Source: Candidatus Latescibacterota bacterium (GTDB taxonomy: Bacteria > Latescibacterota > UBA2968 > UBA8231). From it: a stretch of 64,000 bases of DNA. Location of the stretch: contig OZ241362.1 of assembly GCA_965200315.1 (NCBI GenBank), positions 3,136,001-3,200,000 on the forward strand, read 5' to 3'. Position numbers and translations under genes: made by a program. The number at the start of each line of letters is the position of its first letter. Within the stretch, counting starts at the first letter, position 1. The notes under the pieces were generated by a model. That model worked only from the letters and a program-made list of their open reading frames with translations, was not told the DNA's origin and ran no database searches. Shown in pieces: positions 57,125-64,000 of the stretch.

Positions 57125-58201
57125 TCAGCCCAAGTCCAGATTGAAATTCGCAGGATCGAGACCACTGTCTTCGGCTAGCCCTCGCAGGCTTATCAAGACA
57201 TCCTCGGGCATGACAATACCCTCGGCTAGCGCTTGCTCCCGCTGGTTCCACTCGATTTCGCCTGGTAGGAAGATGGTCCCGCCTTTGGCTGGAGAAGCGC
57301 TCTTGATCTCTTTGCATAAGGCGTCCATGCGGGCGTGGAATTCCTCCAGCGGCATCATCGCGCCGACGTCAATGGCGACAAAGGCGTGACCTTGGTTGGA
57401 GGGCGCGTCCGTGTCGGCCACCCAGCTCTGGACGCTGCTCATCATCGCCGCTCCGCTAAGGGTCGCTGTTAGCAACTCTACCAGCACAGCCAATCCGTAC
57501 CCTTTGTGCCCGGCCATGGGCAATTGCGCCCCTTTTTCCGGAAACTCGGTGGGATCAGTCGTTGGGATGCCCTCTTCGTCCACCAGCCAAGTGTCGGGAA
57601 TGCTGCGCCCTTCGTTTTTGGCCGCGAATATCTTGGTGGCCGCAACCGCGCTGGTGGCAATATCGAGCATGACGGTGCGGTCGGTGCCGGTGGGTGCGGC
57701 GTAGGCGATCGGGTTGGTCCCCAACACTCTGCTCTTGCCGCCCGGCACGGTCATGCAGGGTTCTACATTGCACATGGAAAGACCGATCATGTCGTTTTCG
57801 GCGATCATGTTGGCGTAAAATCCGGCGGCACCGTAGTGGCTGCTGCCTCGGATGCCGATGTAGCACATGCCGCTTTGGCGAGCTTTTTCAACAGCTAGCT
57901 CAACGGCGCGGCAGGAGATGGCGGGCGGCATGCCGTCGCAGGCGTCGATAATGGCCCAAGAGGGTCCCTCGGCGACGATTTTCTCTTTTGCGGTCGCGAC
58001 TAGACGGCCGCGCCGCGCATTCTGCATCAGGCCGCGAATTTGCCGGGTACCGTGCGTAAAGGTGCCCCAAGTGTCGGTGGTGACGAAGACGTGGGCGCTT
58101 AGTGCGGCGTCTTCTTGGCTGAGGCCGGCTTTGACCATGGCGGCGGTGCAAAAAGCCTTCAGGTCGTCCGGTTGGATGCTTTGGCGGGTAGGTTCAGTCA
58201 A
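57125..58201 (-). CDS. Ldh_2 family oxidoreductase (malate/L-lactate/sulfolactate dehydrogenase-like)
   Basis: THG, SSHYGAAGFY, LGTNPIA, LDIATS, GHKGYGLA, LPGE. Confidence 0.92.
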   Translation of the reverse strand: MTEPTRQSIQPDDLKAFCTAAMVKAGLSQEDAALSAHVFVTTDTWGTFTHGTRQIRGLMQNARRGRLVATAKEKIVAEGPSWAIIDACDGMPPAISCRAVELAVEKARQSGMCYIGIRGSSHYGAAGFYANMIAENDMIGLSMCNVEPCMTVPGGKSRVLGTNPIAYAAPTGTDRTVMLDIATSAVAATKIFAAKNEGRSIPDTWLVDEEGIPTTDPTEFPEKGAQLPMAGHKGYGLAVLVELLTATLSGAAMMSSVQSWVADTDAPSNQGHAFVAIDVGAMMPLEEFHARMDALCKEIKSASPAKGGTIFLPGEIEWNQREQALAEGIVMPEDVLISLRGLAEDSGLDPANFNLDLG

Positions 58202-58317
58202 TGGATTGGCTCCTTTTTAGTTGGTGCGTGGTTCGCGCCTATGGATAAAGAGATTTTTCGCGGCCTAGTCAAGGAAGGATGGCGTCTGTTGGCGCGGAGT
58301 GGTAACGGGGCCGCTCC

Positions 58318-58346
58318 TTGACTAGCGCCCGCAAGGGCCTTTTAAT
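58318..58346 (+). promoter_or_regulatory. Putative sigma-70 promoter
   Basis: TTGACT, 17-bp spacer, TTTAAT upstream of the AAA ATPase gene. Confidence 0.45.
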
Positions 58347-58464
58347 GCCATTACTTTCACCTACGTCAATGCGCTATGTTGATCGCCAGTTGGCCGTTGT
58401 TGCTCTTGGGCTATAAGCACCTTGCTCACCAGAAAGGGAGCTCCGAAACGGAAGCGAACACGCC

Positions 58465-60027
58465 ATGCGTTTCTTCAACACAGCCGGCCCTATCATCGCG
58501 GCGGATCACTACCACATCCCGCCGTTGGAACGGCTCGACCTCGACGAGGTCCTACTGCTGATCGAGCAGAAACGGTACTTTGCGCTGCACGCACCGAGGC
58601 AGACGGGCAAGACATCCGCGTTGCTGGCGCTAAGGGATGAGCTCAACGGCAGCGGGCGGTATCGCTGCGTGTACGTAAATGTCGAGATCGGCCAGTCGGC
58701 GCGGGAGGATGTGGGGGCGGCCATGCGGGCCATTCTCGGTCAGATGGCTTTAGAGGCGGAGTTCGTTTTGAGCGATCTGACGCTAAGGGAGATAAGTCTC
58801 GACACTTTGGAGGCGTTTGGCCCGCACCAAGCGCTCCAAGGGACGTTGAGGCGCTGGTCGGCGGCGGATGCCAAACCGCTGGTGCTGCTGATTGACGAGA
58901 TCGACGCGCTGATCGGCGATACGCTCTTAGCCGTGCTGCGGCAACTGCGTGCGGGGTATCCCGACCGGCCACAGCACTACCCGCAGACCGTCGTCCTGTG
59001 TGGTGTGCGCGATGTGCGCGACTACCGCATCCAATCCACCGCCGAGAACGCCATCATCGCCGGCGGCAGCGCGTTCAACATCCGCGCCGAATCCCTGCGC
59101 TTGGGCGATTTCTCACTGGCCGAAGTGCAGGCGCTGTTGGTGCAACACACCGAGACCATCGGGCAGGTGTTTGCCGAGGATGCGCAAAACGAGGTCTGGC
59201 GGCTAACCCAAGGCCAGCCGTGGCTGGTCAACGCCTTGGCGTACGAAGCGTGCTTTAGGAACAAGGCCGGACGGGATCGCAGTCGTCCCATCACGGCCGC
59301 GGCGATAAGCGATGCTCGCGAGCAGCTCATTTTGCGACGCGAGACCCACCTAGACCAACTCACTGACAAGCTGCAAGAGGAGCGCGTACGGCGCGTGGTT
59401 GAGCCGTTGCTGAGCGGTGCCGAATCCGACGAAGCCATTCCCCAAGACGATGTGGAATACGTCCATGATCTCGGCCTTGTGCGCTTAGTTCCCTTTGCCA
59501 TTGCCAACCCGATCTATCAGGAAGTCATCCCCCGCGCTCTGACTTACACCACGCAGATCAGATTCCGACACGAGCCGACTTGGTACGTGGATGCGGACGG
59601 GCGGCTGCGCCTTGACGACTTGCTGACCGCATTCCAAGCGTTCTTCCGCGAACATTCGGAACATTGGGTCGAGCGATTCCAGTACAAGGAAGCCGGTCCT
59701 CAATTGCTCTTGCAGGCGTTCCTCCAGCGCATCGTCAACAGCGGTGGGCGGATTGAGCGCGAGTATGGCTTGGGTCGGATGCGCACGGACCTGCTGATCG
59801 CGTGGCCGATGCAGCGGGTGGTGATCGAATGCAAACTGCTGTACAAGAGCTTAGAGCAGACCATTGTTGCGGGTCTCGATCAGACTCGCGCCTACATGGA
59901 TCGCTGCGCCGCGACCGAAGGGCATCTGGTGATCTTCGACCGCACGGCCGGGGTGTCGTGGGACGACAAGATATTCCGCCGCGAGGAGGGCCGGGACGCG
60001 GCGAAAGTCACTGTGTGGGGCATGTGA
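58465..60027 (+). CDS. AAA ATPase fused to a C-terminal PD-(D/E)xK nuclease-like domain
   Basis: MRFFNTAGP, Walker A APRQTGKT, Walker B LLIDEID, TQGQPWLVN, REYGLGRMRTDLLI...VIECK. Confidence 0.88.
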   Translation: MRFFNTAGPIIAADHYHIPPLERLDLDEVLLLIEQKRYFALHAPRQTGKTSALLALRDELNGSGRYRCVYVNVEIGQSAREDVGAAMRAILGQMALEAEFVLSDLTLREISLDTLEAFGPHQALQGTLRRWSAADAKPLVLLIDEIDALIGDTLLAVLRQLRAGYPDRPQHYPQTVVLCGVRDVRDYRIQSTAENAIIAGGSAFNIRAESLRLGDFSLAEVQALLVQHTETIGQVFAEDAQNEVWRLTQGQPWLVNALAYEACFRNKAGRDRSRPITAAAISDAREQLILRRETHLDQLTDKLQEERVRRVVEPLLSGAESDEAIPQDDVEYVHDLGLVRLVPFAIANPIYQEVIPRALTYTTQIRFRHEPTWYVDADGRLRLDDLLTAFQAFFREHSEHWVERFQYKEAGPQLLLQAFLQRIVNSGGRIEREYGLGRMRTDLLIAWPMQRVVIECKLLYKSLEQTIVAGLDQTRAYMDRCAATEGHLVIFDRTAGVSWDDKIFRREEGRDAAKVTVWGM

Positions 60028-60086
60028 AGGTGTGGCGGATAGACCTAAAAATAGATGCTTTTGATGAACTATAGGAGGCATAGCTT

Positions 60087-60872
60087 ATGAACAGTAGTAC
60101 AGAGCTTGAACAGTACGTAACGATAGAAGAATACCTCAAGGGGCGGCGCTGCATTATCACCGGCTCTAGTGGGACGATTGGAAAACTCTTTGCGACCTTT
60201 ATTGCCTCGCGCGGCGGGATCCCCATTCTGGTGGATGTTGTCTCGCAAGAAGAGACTGAGGAGGCCGTCGCGTCCTACGGTGGCGAGTACAGTGCTCATC
60301 GCGTTGATCTCAGCGATGTCGCGCAGATCAAATCCTTCTACGCTGAAATCGCCGAACAATACGACGGCCTCGACCTGATCATCAATAACGCCGGGCTGCT
60401 CAGCGAGGTAAAGCTACTCGACATGACCGAGGACAACTGGGACCGCGTTCTCAATGTAAATGCAAAAGGCGCGGCCTTTATGAGCCAAGGCGCGGTCGGC
60501 CTGATGCAGCATGGCAGCGGCGACCGACAAATCATCAACATTGTGTCGCTGGCCGCATTGGTGGGCGGGCTGTACGTGGGGGCACCCTATGTGTGCAGCA
60601 AGGCGGCCCTGCTCGGTCTCAGCCGCAACTATGCGGTGCAGGCGGGTAAGGAATTCGGGATTCGCGTCAATTCCATCAGCCCGGTCATTGTCAGCGGCCA
60701 GATGATTTCCAACACGCCGTGCGAAGCCATTGACGGAGTCAAAAACCTAATGAAGGTGTGGAATCAAGAAGTCCCCCCTATGCACCTGCTCTACGTTTTT
60801 GAAATGCTGTGCAGAACTCCGTCGATGACGGGTAAGAACATCGTCCTCGACGGCGGCATTCTGCTGGAGTAG
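60087..60872 (+). CDS. SDR family oxidoreductase
   Basis: IITGSSGTIG, INNAG, YVCSK (YxxxK), IRVNSISP, LDGG; AGGAGG RBS. Confidence 0.9.
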   Translation: MNSSTELEQYVTIEEYLKGRRCIITGSSGTIGKLFATFIASRGGIPILVDVVSQEETEEAVASYGGEYSAHRVDLSDVAQIKSFYAEIAEQYDGLDLIINNAGLLSEVKLLDMTEDNWDRVLNVNAKGAAFMSQGAVGLMQHGSGDRQIINIVSLAALVGGLYVGAPYVCSKAALLGLSRNYAVQAGKEFGIRVNSISPVIVSGQMISNTPCEAIDGVKNLMKVWNQEVPPMHLLYVFEMLCRTPSMTGKNIVLDGGILLE

Positions 60873-60970
60873 GTATGGATTCCGATCGCGCGGCGATTTG
60901 GGCAGCGGCGATCTAACTGCTTGTGGCGGTGCGGCAAATGGCGTTACATTGGGATTAGGTGGTGTTACCC

Positions 60971-61618
60971 ATGCACAGTTCAACACTCGGCGACAGCGAT
61001 TTTGAGATACTTGTCAGCGACCGCCCGGTCGCGCTGGCAGAGTACTTTCGCGGCTTTACCAATACCAAGAGGCTGGGGGTGCTAGCGCCCAATCGCCTCG
61101 AGGGCGTCGGGGCCGTCAGTTTGATCATGGCCCACGTAACCGCCTTTTACAATACCTACCGTGCCACGGGTGAGGATTTTTTCGCGTATCCCGATAACTT
61201 TACCTTCCAATCGTGCGAGCCCAAGGCGGCCTACGGGATGTTCGACATCTGGCCGGAGCACAAAGACGTGCTGGTCGGCACGGATGCGATCGAGCGGCTC
61301 AACGCGATTACCGACCGCGGCGTCAACATCTTGCTCGTGCCCGACGGTCCTCCGGCCCTGTGCGAGTACCAGCGGCAGCAGCTAGCCGCGGCCGAGCGGC
61401 TCATCGAAACCTGCTATGCGTATTCAGCCACCGGCGAGGTCGCCGATCCCGACGTAGTAATCCGCTGCCCGGCAGATCCGCTCGCCGATTGGTGCCAAAG
61501 CGTCTGCGACTCCGTGCCCGACGGCGAAGGCGGGGAGGGCTGGCAGGGCCAAGGTTCCGTGCTCGAACAATCCTTCCGCCGCATCAGTCGGCAAGACGCG
61601 CTCGCTCGTCTCGCTTAA
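60971..61618 (+). CDS. Hypothetical protein, probably of a conserved family
   Basis: Protein-like ORF (MHSSTL...TAFY...YPDNFTFQ...FDIWPEHK) ending 17 bp before the PhyH start. Confidence 0.75.
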   Translation: MHSSTLGDSDFEILVSDRPVALAEYFRGFTNTKRLGVLAPNRLEGVGAVSLIMAHVTAFYNTYRATGEDFFAYPDNFTFQSCEPKAAYGMFDIWPEHKDVLVGTDAIERLNAITDRGVNILLVPDGPPALCEYQRQQLAAAERLIETCYAYSATGEVADPDVVIRCPADPLADWCQSVCDSVPDGEGGEGWQGQGSVLEQSFRRISRQDALARLA

Positions 61619-61635
61619 GACCAAAGGAATTTGCC

Positions 61636-62424
61636 ATGACCGCTCTCCACGCCTCCGCGCTCAGTCCCGCCGAACTCGACCAGTTTCACGATCAAGGCTA
61701 CGTGCGCCTCGGCCACGTCGCTTCCCGCGAGGAAATCGACGCCCTCTGCCAGCGCATCGACCAGATCATGCTCGGCGAAGTGCGCTACGACAATATGCTC
61801 ATGCAGCTCTGCCCTTCGGCCGGCAATCCCGAGCTTTCGCGGCAGACCAAGGAGTTTAAGGGCTCTTCGCTGAAGTACCGCAAAATTCAGGACCTGGAGC
61901 AGGATCCGCTGTTCTTGGGCTATATGCAAAAGCCGCTCTTCCGCGACTTAACCGCCAAAATCGTCAGCGCGGAGGTCTCGATTTTTCGCGCCATGTTTTT
62001 CAACAAGCCCGCCGAGCAGGGCGTCCTGATCAACTGGCACCAAGACGGTGTTGGCGGCTGGCAACTGAGCATTCCCCCCAAAGTCACGGTGTGGACCGCG
62101 CTCGACGACACGTGCGTTGCCAACGGTTGCCTACAGATCATCCCCAGCTCGCACCACACCATGATCCCCGAGACGGGCGACCAGCTCTCGGCGGACGAGC
62201 GCGCGTTGCACGCCCCGGATGAGAAGCGGCTCTATTTGGAAATGGAAAAAGGCGAGGTGGTGCTTTTGCACAACTGGACGTTGCACCGCTCGGAGACGAA
62301 TAGCACCAATCACCCGCGCCGTGCGTTCAGCGTTTGCTACATTGACGCAGCTACCCGCCAAAAGACCTCGGGCTGCGCCTTTCCCCGCGTCTTCCCGACC
62401 TACCAGCCTATTACAGATAATTGA
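61636..62424 (+). CDS. PhyH-family Fe(II)/2-oxoglutarate dioxygenase
   Basis: FHDQGYV, FFNKP, WHQD, WTALDD..ANGCLQIIPSSH, TLHRS, RRA. Start re-assigned to MTALH. Confidence 0.92.
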   Translation: MTALHASALSPAELDQFHDQGYVRLGHVASREEIDALCQRIDQIMLGEVRYDNMLMQLCPSAGNPELSRQTKEFKGSSLKYRKIQDLEQDPLFLGYMQKPLFRDLTAKIVSAEVSIFRAMFFNKPAEQGVLINWHQDGVGGWQLSIPPKVTVWTALDDTCVANGCLQIIPSSHHTMIPETGDQLSADERALHAPDEKRLYLEMEKGEVVLLHNWTLHRSETNSTNHPRRAFSVCYIDAATRQKTSGCAFPRVFPTYQPITDN

Positions 62425-63859
62425 TAAAGGCGACCTTGTGCTCGGTGAAAAACTCGATCCCAGTGTCGCCCGACTCGGGGATTCCGTGCCCGGAAGCCTT
62501 GACCCCGCCGAATGAGAGTTGGGGCTCGCGGTAGGCCGTCATCATGTTCACATGCGTCAGCCCCACGTCGGTCTGTTCTAAAAACTGAAAAGCCCGCCCA
62601 ATGTCCCGCGTGAAAATGGACGACGCCAGCCCAAACTCCACGCCATTGGCGATTTCTAGGGCCTCGGAGAAATCCTCCGCTACCATCAGGCACAACACCG
62701 GGCCGAAAATTTCTTCTTGAGCGATGCGCATCTGCGGCTGGACATTGGTAAAAACCGTCGGCGCAATAAAACACCCTTTGTCGAGACCGTTGTCGGTCAG
62801 GCGCTCGCCTCCATGTGCGATGCAGGCCCCTTCCGCTTTGCCGATCTCGATGTAGCCCTCAATGGTTTCGAGCTGGTCCGTGCCGCACACCGGCCCCATA
62901 TCCACCCCGTCTTCTGTCCCATTTCCCACGCGAATTTGCTTGACGCGCTCTAGCACTTTGTCGGTGAAGGCTGCGGCGATCTCGTGCTCGGCAATGGCCC
63001 GGCTCGTCGAAGTACACCACTGCCCGGCGCAGGCGTAAGCTGCCTTGACGACCGCATCCGCGGCCATGTCGAGGTCGGCGTCGGCCAAGATAACCGCGGG
63101 ATTTTTGCCGCCCATCTCCAGTTGCGTGCGGATGATCCCTTGGGCGGCGCGCTGCTGAATGCCCCGGCCCACTTGGGTCGATCCGGTGAAGGAAATCGAC
63201 TGCACCAACGGATGCGTGATCATGGTTTCCCCGACTGTACTGCCCCCGCCGCAGACGAAGTTCAGCACGCCCGGGGGCAATTCCGCCTCGGCAAAAATAT
63301 CGACGAAAGCCCGCCCGGCTCCAGGCGTCAGGCTCGCCGGTTTGAAGACGATGGTGTTGCCGCTGATCAGCGCTGGGGTACACTTGCGACCCGGCACGTT
63401 GAACGGAAAATTCCAAGGGCTGATGATCGACGCCACTCCGAGGGGCCGCCGCACGCTGTAGGCAAACACCCCAGCTTGCGCCGAGGGCGCGGTCTGGCCG
63501 CACATGGAGATTCCTTGGGCGATCTGGAACTCCATCTCGCGCACCGCCGATCCCACCTCGGTGCGCGCTTCGTCGAGCGTCTTGCCGTTTTCTGCGGTGA
63601 GGATGGCGGCGATTTCTTCGGCCCGCCCCTTTAGCACGGCGACCGCCCGCGACAAGTACTCCGCTCGCTGGTACACCCCCATGTCAGCCCACGCTGGAAA
63701 CGCCGCGTGCGCCGCTTCGATGGCCTGCTCGGCGTCGGCGCTGGTGCCTTGGGGCCACTCCCCGGTTACTTGCTCTAGGTCGGCTGGATTGCGCTGGGCA
63801 AAGGTCTTTCCGTCCGAGGCCCCAACCCACTGACCGTCGATGTAGTTTTGAGATTGCAT
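62411..63859 (-). CDS. Aldehyde dehydrogenase (alpha-ketoglutaric semialdehyde dehydrogenase-like)
   Basis: ISPWNFP, FKPA, SFTGS, LEMGGKN, AGQWCTS, EEIFGPV, FGGVKASG. Confidence 0.92.
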   Translation of the reverse strand: MQSQNYIDGQWVGASDGKTFAQRNPADLEQVTGEWPQGTSADAEQAIEAAHAAFPAWADMGVYQRAEYLSRAVAVLKGRAEEIAAILTAENGKTLDEARTEVGSAVREMEFQIAQGISMCGQTAPSAQAGVFAYSVRRPLGVASIISPWNFPFNVPGRKCTPALISGNTIVFKPASLTPGAGRAFVDIFAEAELPPGVLNFVCGGGSTVGETMITHPLVQSISFTGSTQVGRGIQQRAAQGIIRTQLEMGGKNPAVILADADLDMAADAVVKAAYACAGQWCTSTSRAIAEHEIAAAFTDKVLERVKQIRVGNGTEDGVDMGPVCGTDQLETIEGYIEIGKAEGACIAHGGERLTDNGLDKGCFIAPTVFTNVQPQMRIAQEEIFGPVLCLMVAEDFSEALEIANGVEFGLASSIFTRDIGRAFQFLEQTDVGLTHVNMMTAYREPQLSFGGVKASGHGIPESGDTGIEFFTEHKVAFINYL

Positions 63860-63887
63860 AGTAGCTCCAGTTAAAAGTGATGGCGAC

Positions 63888-64000
63888 TCAAGACCACAGC
63901 GGCACCCCGGCCGGCAGCGCCGCGGCGATGGCTTCTTCGTCTAGATTGACGCCCAAGCCAGGGCCGTCGGGCACGGCGATGTAACCCTGTTGAATTGGGT
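63888..64000 (-). CDS. C-terminus of a mandelate racemase/enolase-superfamily protein (partial)
   Basis: PIQQGYIAVPDGPGLGVNLDEEAI...LWS*. Confidence 0.8.
   Translation of the reverse strand, partial: PIQQGYIAVPDGPGLGVNLDEEAIAAALPAGVPLWS

Overview
GC-rich (roughly 60-65% by eye) bacterial chromosomal window. Long SecA, PorV-like barrels, a FlgD-Ig/T9SS-type C-terminal domain and several PhyH genes suggest an FCB-superphylum candidate-phylum organism such as Latescibacterota (inference). Positions 1-33.2 kb are mostly minus-strand core genes: mfd (partial), tRNA-Ala(GGC), fmt, yajC, tgt, an envelope/secretion-like cluster, a PHP phosphatase, a sigma-70 factor, rhamnulokinase, purC, a GT2 glycosyltransferase, secA, nusB and ribD-ribE-ribBA-ribH, headed by an S55 peptidase/beta-propeller pair. 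Positions 33.4-64 kb are accessory catabolic genes interrupted by decaying defence or selfish modules: HEPN/MNT, a type IIG RM/toxin scar, a low-GC Tsp45I-like RM with a frameshifted endonuclease and a deleted ATPase. Main observations: (1) a candidate secretion/sorting locus with two PorV-like barrels, a CTD-bearing propeller, a site-2 protease and two lipoproteins ending in a shared SW(G/A)xL(K/R) motif; (2) strong CCWGG depletion with apparent excess of its deamination products; (3) a RibBA with an apparently dead DHBP-synthase domain; (4) two MITE-like families carrying a shared REP-like core. No CRISPR-Cas or transposase was found. Family assignments rest on recalled motifs, not database searches.
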